A DNA stretch of 64,000 nucleotides. It comes from Lingula anatina (lineage: Eukaryota; Animalia; Brachiopoda). The translations under genes were made by a program, and so were the position numbers. The notes beneath the pieces are model-generated. The model had not been told where the DNA came from. It saw only the letters and a list, made by a program, of their open reading frames with translations, and did not search any database. Location: positions 42,414,401-42,478,400 of the forward strand of contig CM120641.1 in NCBI GenBank assembly GCA_051362555.1, in the 5' to 3' direction. Below are positions 1 to 14,600 of the stretch, one piece after another (positions within the stretch are counted from its first letter, which is position 1; every line of letters begins with the position of its first letter).

Positions 1-3000
1 ACTGTGTACTGTATGTCCTCAGGGTTTCTACTGCATGGCTAATGCATCCGAGTTCCTCAGCACTCCTTGTCCAGAAGGTAAGTTGTCTTGGATGTGAAAG
101 CCATCTATGTTTCTGTTGAATGATACTATGAAATGATTTTAATAATAACCACTTGAGGTGTTTAACCCTATTATATGGATTTTTGCATAAATTATTTTTT
201 AAATGTGGTTCTTAAAAAATTGGAGGTAAATCTTTTTAAATGATAATGATTTTATAAAACTGTTCATTGACCTTTCTTTTTCAAATTTCAGGCCACTACT
301 GTCTGAATGGCACAGAGCACCCCACCCAACACAAGTGTCCACCAGGGACCTACAACAACCTCACACAAGGGACATCTCTAGCAGACTGTCAACCCTGCCC
401 AGGGGGATGGTACTGTGAGGGTCAGGGTAACCCCCAGCCCACAGGACAGTGCCAGGCTGGCTGGTACTGCACCAGTGCTGCTACCAACTCCAATGATACC
501 ATCAATGGTGGACAGTGTCAGCCAGGATATTATTGTCCTCTGGGTATGATATGTTATGATTTGGTGTCATATGATCCAAATAGTTGATGATATTCTTGAA
601 GTGAGGGACAGGCAGGCAATGGCTCGCATGTGAGAATGATATCATTTACGTTGCATCAGCACCTGGCTCTCGATGGCTGAAGCTAAGTTGCATGAAAACA
701 GTAGAATCATTTGAATTGTAATTATTTTTTACTTGATAATGATAGCAGAACAGAAGTGAAGTTACTTACTTCATATTAAATTGGCTGCTTCAGGTTCCCA
801 GGCTCCCTTGGATTGTCCAGGCGGTCAGTACTGCCAGACCCCAGGGCTGGACACCCCCACTGGACTTTGCTCCCAGGGCTATTACTGCATGGGCACATCC
901 TCCTCCCCAACCCCCACTGGAAACATCACTGGGGACATCTGCCCTGCTGGGTTCTACTGTGAGGTGGGGTCTCAGTGGCCGACACCCTGTGCCCCAGGGA
1001 CCTACAGCCCCAGTGTGGGCAATATCAATGTGACAGACTGTGTGGCTTGCAGTTATGGGGAGTACTGTGCTAACTACAGTATGGTGGAGACTTCAGGTAA
1101 GACTGCAGACGGTGGTACTGATATTTTAAACATTACCAAGGAATTAAATATTTGGAGTTGTTGTAAGATACTGCTTGTTGTGAGAGTTAATGGTTTGTTT
1201 ACAGAACAACTTACACAGTCAAAAGTTTTTATAGTGAAAATTCAAGGTTTTTCATGGTCAAAAGGGTGGATAATTTTTTAAAAATTTAAAGTGTTTATGG
1301 AATTGGGTTCTTTTCTGGCATACAACCAACAAATATTCTATTTCCCATTTTGTTCAGGTAACTGTACAGCAGGCTATTACTGCCCACAAGGAGAGCGGAC
1401 ACCTGACCCTTACCTGTGTACTGTTGGTCACTACTGTCCAGAGGCCAGCTCAAGCCCTGTACTGTGTCCAAGTGGAACCTACCAGGACCAGACTGGTCAG
1501 TTTGGATGTAAGACATGTCCTAGTGGCTACTACTGTGATAACAGCTATGGAGTTGTGGTCATCAATGAAACCATCACCTGTCCAGCCGGCTACTACTGTC
1601 TGGATGGTAAGTTTCGTAATCATATTATCTTTAATTTTTTGTTAATATCCTTGGAATTAGTTCTTTAATTTCTGTAATTATTTTTAGAGTTTTTTATTCA
1701 GCAAATGGCTTTAATTTTTGAAAATTGTACAAAATGTCAAGTTATTGTATTTAAGTGATTTACATCTTTATCGACTAAAATGAGTATGGCAAATACCTTT
1801 TCATGGTGCCTTTATCACTTAAACCCCAACTACCCATAATGAGTAATGCTACTTTAGGGCTTAGTTTTTAATGAACAGATTATGTCATTTTAATAAGAAA
1901 AATGAATGGTGATATTTCTCATCCAGGTACACCAAGAGCAGACACATACCCTTGTCCTCTGGGAACTTTTGGCAATGACACAGGTTATAACAGCAGTGAC
2001 AACTGTAGTCCTTGTTCAGGTGGAATGCACTGTAGCATTGTGGGAAGGACTGCACCAGTTGGCCTCTGCAGCGCGGGTTACTACTGCAGGCAGTATGCAG
2101 AGTCTGCCACACCCAATCAGACCACAGATGCTAATGTCTGTCCTCAAGGTTGGTGTTTATGTGTCACCTGTTATAAACTGGTAAATTATCATATATATCA
2201 AAATTAATCAAAACTGATTGATTTTAAAGTGCTGTACTGGAATTTCAAAATATGAAAACCACAGCTTTATTTTTTGGGAACATATTTGATTGTTGCTATT
2301 AAAAGTCATTTTTAAGTTGTATCATGTGTTTGTAGTGCAATCATTTTATTTTTTTCTGAAGGAATTCTCTCGAAGTTTTAGTGGCACTTAATTTTTTTCT
2401 TAATCATCTAAAGGAACAGGTAATCATAAAACTTAAAATGTCTCTTTAGGCTCGTATTGTCCAGAGGGCACTGCTGAGCCAGTTCCATGTCCACCAGGAA
2501 CATTCGGTGGCACTGATGGGTTACGTAACAGCTCCGAGTGCACCCCCTGTCACCCTGGCATGTACTGTGAACAACAGGGACTGCTCAATGATGAAGGTGA
2601 GATATGCCCCTCTTATGCCTGTATTTGTAGAATGGGATTTTTCTTTGAATATCAGTAGATGATCATAATAAGAATAATTGTTGTTACTTTGCTATCACTG
2701 GCTCTTGATTATTATGACTATCATTTGATTTTTGGTCATAATGATGATGATGAAGGAGAGATTGATGAAATAAAATGATGAGGAACTAAGAAAACATGTA
2801 TTACCATGTCCAGAGACAACATTAACTTGTTGTAAATGAGTTTCTCACTATGCGATCTCTCTATAGGTGACTGTAAAGCGGGCTATTACTGTGAGGAAGG
2901 GTCAGTATCTTCCAGAAGTGCCTTGTGTACCTTGGGTCACTACTGTCCAACACAGACAGCTGTACCTTTCAGGTGTCCACAGGTGAGTTAGAGAAAGGAT

Positions 3001-6000
3001 CAGTATTGTCCACCTTGGATCAGTCACCTCTGTCCAACACAGAAGCTTTGCCTGTTAGCTGAATTTATCACATTAGCATAGACCAGGGAATTATATCGTA
3101 GATGCTTTAATTCCCTGCATGGAGAGAAAGAGAAAAAGAGAGAGATTCATTACCTCAAAGGTACTGAAATATGAATGTAACTGAATGTAAATTACATACG
3201 ATATGAATATTTTCAGAATATTCACTAAAGATTTTTTCTGTACTTCAGGGCACATTCAACCCATACTATGGTCTAAACAGCAGTGAACAGTGCACACAGT
3301 GTACTCCAGGCCAGTACTGTGGTGACGAGGGACTTAATGTGACCTCTGGCCCCTGTGAACCAGGATTTTATTGTCCAGGTGGCCAGAATGACTCCAGACC
3401 AGCAGACTACCCCTGTCCAGAGGGTCACTACTGTCCACTAAACTCTTCTCAGCCCACGCCATGTGCTAATGGAACTTACATGAATCATACTATGGCACCA
3501 GAATGTTATATTTGTGATGCTGGATGGTGAGTTGGTGCTATTGTTATTGTTTTTGTTGCTGTTAAAAACTTTGCATGGCTCTCTTAGGGCACAATAGAGG
3601 TTAGGTTGGGTTGTTATGGTGTTACTCTTAAAATATTGAGAATATCCATTTACTGCTGTTTATAGCCACCCATCTAAACATGGGATTGTTATTTGACATT
3701 TATATCCAGATTTAGTAGCTTATAGAATTTCTTTAATTCATTTATTTTAAATTTTCTCAAAAGACTTGTATGAAAACACTTGTTTTATTCTCTAAAGATT
3801 TCCAGAAAAGTTTATCTTTTTTAGAGATATCTTAATCAGTACTTATCAATTAATATTTCTATCATGCTGGTAGCAAATTATTAATTATTTGAGCCCTTTT
3901 TCTTACCTCCAGGTACTGTCTCCATGGTGACCTAGTACAGGCATGTCCAGCTGGCTACTTCTGTCCAGAAGGCACTGGCATTGACTGGCAGCCATGTCCA
4001 TTTGGTACCTACAGCAACCAGACTGGACTGTCCAGCACTGACCAGTGTACCCCTTGCACAGGGGGCTATTACTGTGACCAACTTGCTGCCACGTCCGAGA
4101 CTGCCCAGTGTGATGCAGGGTACTATTGTGAGTATGGAGTGGACAGAGCAAGACCAACTGGAATTGCCAATGCTACACTGACCAATGGAACATGCCAGAT
4201 GCCAGGTGAGGAAATGAACTGATATGAGTTATAGTTTATTAATACTTTGAAATGATATTCATAATTTCTAAGAACGAAAAAAGATTTATTTCAAATAGAA
4301 AATAGAATAGCACATGGATAATTTTTAGAGTAAGCATTACTTGTGAAGTTTTTTCAAATTGAAATTAAAATCAGTTATACAAACCATCCCAAATTAGACT
4401 TTTATATAAAATATTTAAAGAAATTGAGTGTAGAGTACATGTGCAAATTACTTTGAATTAGTTTTCTCATATGTTTTATCTACTGCAGGTGGAGAGACAG
4501 GAGTTGGCGACATCTGTCCCCCAGGTAGCTACTGTCCCATTGGTACCACCCACCCTCAGGCTTGTGGTGCCGGTACCTTCAGCAACGAGACGGGACAGGC
4601 TCTCTGCCACCAGTGTCCAGAGGGATACTATTGTCTGGAAGGTAATCAAATGCTGCAGTTTCACTGAGGATCAGTCTAGAAGAAAAGGGGACATTTGAGT
4701 GGCATCTGTATTGCTCACATTTTGTGGGATTTTTGAGTAACTGTTATGTATTTCCATTGTTTAGAAATTCTTTGCATGCTTATGTTTAGTGTGTGTTATT
4801 ATATTTGGAAACAAATCAGTTTATATGAATTTAGAACCTTTTGTTAAATAGTATTACAATTTAAATTATAAAGTATTGAATTACCTAGATCTAATCTTAC
4901 AAAATTTGATTTCTTTCCCCTTAGGTGCTGTGGTCTATGAAAACACCGAGTGTCCACCAGGTCACTACTGTCCAGCTGGAACATCATCTGCCTACCAGTA
5001 CCCCTGTCCAGAGGGCTCCTACTATAACGCCACAATGGCCCGCTCTCTGTCTGACTGTCTACCATGTCCAGGTGGTCAGTATTGTGAAAGACAGGGACTG
5101 GACTATCCAACTGGACTCTGCTCACCAGGTATATTTTCTTTGATTTCTAGTAAAATATCTCATAAAGGCTTTAAATCAAAATCTGTATAATTGAATTTTA
5201 TTGATTATTGTTTGATAAACTGATAAATTTTTACCCCATTCATAGGTCTTTCAAGAAATTTCAATATAGGGCACCGTTTACAAAATTTTTGCTTAATTAT
5301 CTTTTTCTCAGTATTTTCCTTTCACTTAATTTGTGATATTGTATAATTTTGCAGCATATGTACCTTAATAATTTCTTGGAGATTATAATATTATTATAAT
5401 AATAGTCAAATTTCCCAGTGGCAATTGAAATAATTTCCACTTTATTTCTCAGGCTGGTACTGCAGTGGCAACTCCAGTGCAGCTAACACCACAGTGAGTG
5501 GTGGGCAGTGTCAGCCTGGCTACTACTGTCCACAGGGGTCATATGAGCCACAGCAGTGCACCCCAGGGATGTACTGCCAGACCCCAGGACTGGAAGCACC
5601 CACTGGAAACTGTTCTGCTGGTCAGTTGGTGTTATTTTTAAATCTATATAATTTGTTATATGATATGTGGTCAACAAAAGATATATTGAGTGTAGTCAGT
5701 ACCTAGTAATATTGTAACCAATATATGGATATATTATTTATAACAAAATTTATGTTGTCTTAAGGGGATATTAGTAATAGAAAATAATATTTGAAGTTGA
5801 AACCTATGTAAGCAAAGAAGTTAGTATTTATTTTACTTATTTGGAAATGACAAGATAATTAATTGTTATTATTAGTTAATTTTTTCCTTTCTAGGATTCT
5901 ATTGCACCCTGACTTCCAATACATCCATGCCAACAGATGGCGTTACTGGTAACATATGCCCACTTGGTCATTACTGTCCAGAGGGCAGCACTGCCCAGCA

Positions 6001-9000
6001 GCCATGTCCACCAGGAACGTTCCTCAATGTGACCCAACAGGACGAGGAGACGGACTGCATGTCATGTCCACTTGGTCAGTACTGTCCAGGGGGAGGTCTG
6101 GCTGTGCCGGATGGTGACTGCACTGAGGGCTACTACTGTCCAGGGGGAATGAACATGTCCACTCCCCATGAGTACAGGTTGGAGTTGTTTGTGATTTATA
6201 TGAAAACTAGAATTGGCTGGAGGCTATCTCACTCTGTGTGTGTTCACAATTTTTTTACCACTGTCTAATACTTTTGAAAAGCAATTAGCTGCATGGTCAT
6301 CAATATTAATACATCATTTTTATTATATTTTCATTTATGACAATAATAAATTTAAAAGCACCACCAACAAATTCATCTGACAGTAGAGATCACTGTTTAA
6401 CCAGGACAAGATGAAGTGTTGCTCTTGTTTCCAAAAACCTGATTTTATTATTTTATGGTCATCCATTCCAGATGCCCTGTAGGTCATTACTGTCCCACTG
6501 GCAGCGGGGCACCCATCAGGTGTAATAATGGGACCTACCAAGACCAGGAGACACAACCGACCTGTGTCACCTGTCCCGCCGGGTACTTCTGTGACAACAC
6601 CATGGCTATTGTTGTCCTTGACAACAGCACCACCGTCTGTCCCATTGGCTCGTACTGTCCCGCTGGGACAAGTTACAGTAATGAATTCTTGTGTCCTGTT
6701 GGCACCTTCAACAACAGAACAGGTGGGTAGACAAAAAGGTAGTGTCATCTTACAACAAAGCTTAGGATATGGCAATTGATGTTTTTCTGATAACTTAGAA
6801 TAGCAGTGTTTTAAAGAAAATGTTGCATATATACAACTGTATCCGGTTCTGTCATATCAACAAAATTGTTGTCAATTCAGTAAATGTTTATATGTCATGT
6901 AACCTAATGCAATACTTTTCATTTACACTTTGGCCCATGATTTCCACATTTTATCTAATGCAATACTTACACAACTTTTGATATTCACAGTATTACATAG
7001 TCACACAAAGCACAACCATGATCATCGTATAGCTAATAAAATCTATGTATATTTCCAGGTTTACAACAGGAATCTGACTGCTCCCCATGCCTTGGTGGCT
7101 ACTACTGCCCAATGCCTGGAATGGTCACTCCTACTGACCTCTGCTCCCCAGGATACTACTGCAGGCAGTATGCTAATATATCAGCCCCTGACCAAGGTAA
7201 GATATCATTGTATACAGTTCATACTGTAATAAGCTTTAACTATATATATGGCCTTTAATAATTTTGTAATAAGCTGCACATACCTATATGTACTTAGTCA
7301 AGATACCTTCTGAATGTGACATTGAAATATCTTAACCACTGTACAATAGTGTGCTTTTAGTGCACTTTTCCTAATGAAATGCTGTGATATATTTTTTGTC
7401 TGAGCAGCATTAGTGTTTGTTTTTTTTTTATTTCCTGCATATATATTTATTAATTTTCCACAAGGTATTGATGCCAATATCTGTCCAGCTGGCCAGTACT
7501 GTCCAGAGGGAAGTCCAGCACCCATTAACTGTCCACAGGGTAGTTATAGCAACACTACTGGACTCCATGCAGACACAGACTGCACCCTGTGTCCAGCAGG
7601 GAGCTATTGTGCTGACACAGGCATGACTAACACCAGTGGACCATGTGAACCAGGGTGAGTGTGCACTCAGGATGTTTATTGCATCTCAGTTTTGAAATGA
7701 TCTAAAGAAAACTTAAAAGTTAAACTAGTTACATTGTTCTTAAAGTGCAAAAATTGATCTGTGATTCCACTCAAAAATGTAATTTATAAACCTGGATATC
7801 ATGAAAACTATCATGAAACTTATCACCAGTTAAAACCAGAATAGAATAAAGTGATCTTCTGATAACGAAATTTTTTTTTTGGCATCTTTTACAAACTATT
7901 TGATTTGTTTGTTAAACATTTGTTAAAATGAACTGGTTGAAGAAACACAAGGGACGATTATTTATTGTTAATTTTTAAAAATTCTAGCTACTACTGTGAA
8001 TTGGGGTCTTATCATTCCCGTAACATCACCTGTCCAGTTGGTCACTACTGTCCAGAGGGATCTGGCAGTCCCACTCCATGTCCAAGGGGAACATATACCA
8101 ACACACTGGCCAATGTGAATGTGACACAGTGTGTGAACTGTGATGAGGGCACATACTGTAATGATACTGGTGAGTCTTCTCCAACGCAATCACTATCAAC
8201 ATAATGCCATGCCTAACACACTGGATTGTCTTCTTTGTGCACTACATTGTGTGGGCTAGAATGAACAAACATTTTTGTAAAGATATTGATGAGCCTTTTA
8301 TTTGTTTTTGCATATGCAAGATATACCTACTGTGAAAAATATACATTTTGTGTATTGTGATTGATTTTCTAATGATTTTGATTGGTTATAATTCAGGCCT
8401 ATCAGCACCATCTGGAAACTGTGACCCTGGCTTCTACTGTCCTGGTGGCAATGATGTGCCTAACCCTGTTGAGACACCCTGTCCTATTGGTCTACACTGC
8501 CCTACTGGGAGTGGCCAGCCTGTTCCCTGCCCACCTGGGACCTTCACCAACCTGACCCAGATGTCTGAGTGCTTGACATGTCCAGGAGGGTTCTATTGTG
8601 TGCCAGAGGAGGTCATTCAAGGTAGAAACATGAACAGAACTTTTATTTTTTTTGGCTGTATACAAATAACAAGTTAAGAAAGGAAATAGGTTTAAAGCTA
8701 GTTTTTAGATAAATGAAATAATGTAAGAGGTAGGCCATTTATCAACCTCATTTTATCAGCTAGTGAGAAACAGCAGAATAGCAGAAAATGTTACACACAG
8801 ACAGTGTCAGTGTGTGTCAAAGAATTTTAAATGAAAATCTTTGAAAAATTAATAATTTCTTTCCTTTCTCTTTTTCAATCAGGTAACTCCAGCTCAGGCT
8901 TCAGGCTATGCCCGCGTGGTTACTACTGTCCTGATGCCACAGGAATGAACTGGACAGGTTGTCCAGCTGGCACATTCAGCAATGAACTCGGCCTAGAGAA

Positions 9001-11634
9001 CGACACCCAGTGTCTGCAGTGTTCTGCTGGTCAATATTGTGACATCACCAACTTGACCGCACCTGCAGGGGACTGTGCCCCAGGGTACTACTGTACCAGT
9101 GGGGTGGACACACCCACTCCAGCTGGTGGCCACACGGGAACTGGGGGTATTTGTCCAGCTGGTCATTACTGTCCAGGCGGAACTGACCTCCCTATTGGTT
9201 GTTCCAATGGAACGTATCAGGTAATCTGTTGCTTGGCTTATCATGCTCTGAAGTTTTATTTTATCTGGTTTATGCCATTGTGATATTTTGATATGTTCTA
9301 AGCTGTTTGTAATAGAATTATGAAAAAAATGATAACTTATAACTCTATTTAAACCTGTGACTTGTCAAGTATAGGATTACCCCTAGCTATCATCTACATG
9401 TCTCTGTATTCATCAGAATTTAATCAAACTTTTCTTAGAATTACATATATTTATTTTTTCATTTATCCAGAATCTGACCAACCAGGCTTCATGCTTGACC
9501 TGTCCAGCTGGCTACTATTGCCTGGCCAGTTCTGTCACATTTGTTGACCAAGTGTGTCCATCTGGTCACTATTGTCCTGATGGTACCAGATATGACACAG
9601 AGTATCCATGCCCACAGGGGACTTTCAACAATTTGACAGGTAAATCTCTCTCTCTCTCATATGAAAAGTTGATGAATACCCATAAACACTGGTAGTCGAA
9701 TGCCCTTCAAAATTAGACCAGGTTAACAATTATAACAGTGTCAAAATGATGCAAATGTGTGTTTTTGATCATTTCAGGATCAGCCAATTCCAGTGCATGT
9801 GTCCAGTGTACCCCTGGTCACTTCTGTGCCAGTCCTGGCCTGAGTGCCCCCACTGACCAGTGTGACCCAGGATGGTACTGTACTCTCAGTTCATATCTGG
9901 CTCAGCCGTCCAGCCCTGAAGGTGGCGCTTGTGTACCAGGTAGGGAAACAGACCAGACAAGAGTTTTGACATAACATATATAAAAAATAGCTTATCAATG
10001 ATTTATTCACAAAGTGTACTGTATAAAACTGAAGATGGAAATTAATATTATACTTGTACCAGTTTATATCAACTATTCTTTAAAAAGTAATTTTTAATAC
10101 TGCCACATTTTTTGCCATGTGGGTAATGATGAAAATGACATGCTTAATTTCTGTACATTGATATTTTGGAACCCCTCTTTTGAATTGTTTGACAAAGTTT
10201 GAATGAAATATCTCAACCATGTAATCTAATTTGTGTTGGTCAATTGTTTCCATTGTTTCAGGTGAATACTGTCCTCGAGGCAGTTCTGCACCTATCCAGT
10301 GTGATGATGGCCATTTCTGTCCCAATGCCACCATGAGTTCCACAGCAGGCCTGTGTGCAGCAGGATATTACTGTATCAATGGCTCCATAACAGCCACACC
10401 AACAGGAGTAGGCGGTGAGTGATGACATAGTGCACAGGTTTTGATGATGTCTTGTCTTGTAATTATTCAAAAATCTGAATAGGTGATCTAATTCTCTGCT
10501 TTAAATGATACCATACATGGAGACAAACAATGTGACACATCTTAAAGTTTTGTGCATATACATACCAGATAACGATTTTAAACAAAGTTAAGGATTCCCA
10601 CATTGGAGATGTATTTTAGAATCAATCTCAATTGTTCAGCGGGCAATTGCTTCAAAGATTTTCACTTGACATTTTGTTTAGATGAAGAAAATTGAAAGAG
10701 ACATGTCACGGTTCTGTTTAACAAAGATAAAATATGTCATGGTTCTGTTTAACTAATTAAATTTCCTATATATTTATATTTTTTATTATCCACATCTCAA
10801 TATAAAATACATTCAAATATTGAACTTTCTTCATCTCTCTCTCTCTCTCTCTCTCGCTCTCAGGCAACCAGTGCAGTCCAGGCACATATTGTCCAGATGG
10901 CAGTTGGTACGAGACCCTGTGTCCAGCAGGCACCTACCAGCCCAGCAATGGAGCCACCAATGAGACGTGGTGTATTCAGTGCACCTCAGGGAGTTACTGT
11001 AACGACTCTGGGCTGGCCACACCCCAGGGGAGCTGTGATCCTGGTATGTCAGTTTTGCAACTATAGTATATGAGTATTTTTTCAAGTGTCATGTGTCATG
11101 CATATTGTCCAGCATATTGTTATACCCAACACAGTGTTATACCCCTGATACAATGTCACACATTATTTATGGAGTATGCAGTTCAAATGATATGTAGACA
11201 GAGTTGTGTGTAAACCAGTGCATTACTTAGTACTGATGTTACACAGAAGCAATAGCCATTTAAAATGATATAATATAATGATCACCATCCTTTTGTAAAT
11301 TCCTATTCAACACGAATAAGATATTTTTTATTGTCTTGATTTTTAAGAAACTAAACAGTTCAATTCCCCCCACAGGTTACTACTGTCCAGGTGGCCAAAC
11401 TGTCTCCAACCCCAATGGCCTTGAGTGTCCAGCTGGTTATTACTGTCCCCTGGGCTCCAGTACCTTCAGGATCTGCCCCTCAGGGACGTACCAGGACTGG
11501 ACACAGCAGAGTGACTGCAAGTGGTGTCCACCTGGATACTACTGTGATAACAGCATAGAGGCAGTGGTCAACTATACTGCTTATGTGTGTCCACAAGGTG
11601 GGTAGTGGCCAATACACTGACCACATTTGATATG

Positions 11635-11665
<31 letters not shown>

Positions 11666-14600
11666 ATTTATTCGTGCATCTTACAGTTGAATTTACATGA
11701 GCTGTAAGTGTCACGGAGTGATAAAAGTAACTAAAACACATTATGACATTGTCCATTAAAAACATGAAAGAAGGGTTCAATGATTGAAATCTTAACTCAG
11801 TCAAATTCTTAAAAATAGTTCAGTGCAGTTAAGTTTATACATTAAAATCTTTGAGCACCCTTGAGATGAAAGTTTTTACAGATGTGACAGTTCTGGGTTT
11901 TGGAATATTAAAGCTCAAAGAGTGCATTAAGATATGCATTTTTGAAATGAAAGTTTACACCATGCCATTATATATATTTCACAGCTGTTACCATTTTCAT
12001 ATTGTAGGTCACTATTGTCCTAATGCCACCCAGTCTTCCACTGAAAACCCATGTCCCATCGGCACTTTCAACAATGGCACTGGTCTTGGAGCTGATACAG
12101 AATGCAGTCCTTGTTCAGGTATATGCAAATAATGGTAACATAGTAAACAAGAAGTGATGGCATATTGTGCAGATGCAAATGCAGGCATATATGTTGCATA
12201 TTATAAACAGCATAGCATACATAATGCACTGAGCAACCAAAGTGTATTTAAGTATATTTCAATAAATTTTAAAGCTGTTTTCTGTAAAACCTAAGAAAAT
12301 TTGAAACTGACAGTGTATTTATTACTGCAGCAGATATGATATGGAATATTGCCACTCATGGAATGTTTGATGGTCTTCTCATCATGTATGGGAAAATAAT
12401 TAGTTTAAAATCCTGAACTGATTTCTTTTCCACAGTTCTCCAATTCACATAATTTGTTTTTCAAAAATATCATTTTAGGTGGATACTACTGTCCATCAGG
12501 AACTGTCCTACCCACAATGCCTTGCAGTCCTGGTTACTACTGTCGCCAGGGGGCGCAGTCAGCTGCCCCCAGTCAGGGCACTGATGCAGACATCTGTCCA
12601 GCTGGTCACTACTGTCCAGAGCAGACCACAGAGCCTATCTCCTGTCCTGTGGGGACTTTCTCCAATGACACTGGGAACATGAATGTCACTGACTGTGCTC
12701 CTTGTACCAGAGGTGAGATTGCTGGAATGACTACAATTTCATCCATAGAGAAAATGGCAGTCTTGCTTTTAGGTTTACTCTTTCCTTATGAGCATATATT
12801 AGATACAATCTGTGTAAAATAAGAAAACCGACTATTAATGAGCCAAACTTAAGTGCTGATGCCTTGGAGTTTTTCATATAAAATTATCTTACTTGCATTT
12901 TTTTTACACACTGTTGGTTAGTCAATGGACGTTGTGAGTCATAAAAAATATTATTTATTTTCAGTTGAATTAAATACCATTTTTGTTATCTTTTGATTTT
13001 TAGTTCTGCCTTATTATTATTATTTTTTTATTTAAGTGCCATTATTTTGTCATTACAGGTTGGTATTGTGACCAGTTGAATATGACTGCTCCTACTGGTC
13101 AATGTGATGCTGGTTGGTACTGCCCAGAGGGGTCAACCAGTGCACAGGAGGTCATATGTACTGCTGGGATGTATTGTCTCATTGGTGAGTGAAAACACAT
13201 TATATATTATCACACCTAACACACTGTCACAAGTTAAACACTTTCACTCTGCACTATTAGGTATATTACACAGTCAAAATACTTCGATCTGTAACACAAG
13301 GTTGTGCTTTAACAATATTATTGTTGAATTTGATTGTTGGTTCAATTAAAGTGTAGCCAAATATGATATTATTAGACTGCTAAAAATAATTTGTACTAAT
13401 AACTAATCAGTAAATTGTTTTCAGTAGGCAAAACATTTTTCTGTCTGACATTTCAACCTTCTCTCAAAGGGGCTTGATCAGGACTGATTTATCCATGTTC
13501 AATATTCTATAACATTTTACGACAAATGATGCCCAACAAAACATTTATGATATTCATTTTGCAAATTTGAGTTTTAAAAAATTATACATATGTTAATTTA
13601 CTCTACACATATATGCTGCAGGTTGTCATATCAAGCTATATGCTGGACCACAACAAGACTAGTACAATTTTATTCATTTTTTCTTAGGCACCCACACCCC
13701 GACACGTTGTCCTAATGGCACCTGGGCCAACAGCACAGGTCTGGCTGCAGAGAGTGACTGTACCCCGTGTACCGCAGGGTGGTACTGCCAACAGAGTGGA
13801 CTCACCTATCCAGAGGGACTGTGCCAGCAGGGATACTATTGTCCACAGGGTGAGGAGAGAGAGATTGCCTTATGATATCTAGCAATGAGAACTTTTTATA
13901 ATTCTTTATTAAATAAAGCATATTCTCCAAAGTATTACATTCCAAATAATTTTTATTTAACCCCTCCCCTCCAAAAATCTTAATAATAAAAAAAGAGCTG
14001 AGATAGCACACATTCTTATCCTGAGATATGCTGAGCTCTCACAGTTGATACATTTCTTGAAAAAAATTGAATTTAATACTTCAAGTGGGTATACTTTTCC
14101 GTATATTTTAGGTTCCAACGTGCCCAACCCAGAGCTGTGCCCCATAGGTCTCCACTGTCCAGAGGGGTCAGCCACACCCCAGTCCTGTGCCTCTGGCTAC
14201 TACACCAACCAGACAGGGACATGGAGCTGTAATATATGCCCTGATGGGTAAGTCTGTGTCCACCAGTAACTGTTATTTATTATAACTGAAAGGTATTCCA
14301 TTAGGAATTTGTGAGAATAGGTAACACCTTGAAATTATTGAAAATAATTATTTTGATGTTTGTGTTTTCTTTCTAATTTTTTTCAGTGTAATTTTTACAC
14401 TGCAGTGTAATTTTTTTTTACATTGTTTCATCTGGAAATAATTATGTGAGTTGTGCACCATAGTAAAGTTTTAGCTGAAGTTTTTTTGTTGACATTACTT
14501 TTCATGGCATTCTGTCAGTCTGCTATTGGTATAATCATACCAAAATTGATGAAATTAGGTTGTACTTTCAATACTCATCTTTTATTAAAAATGAACAATG

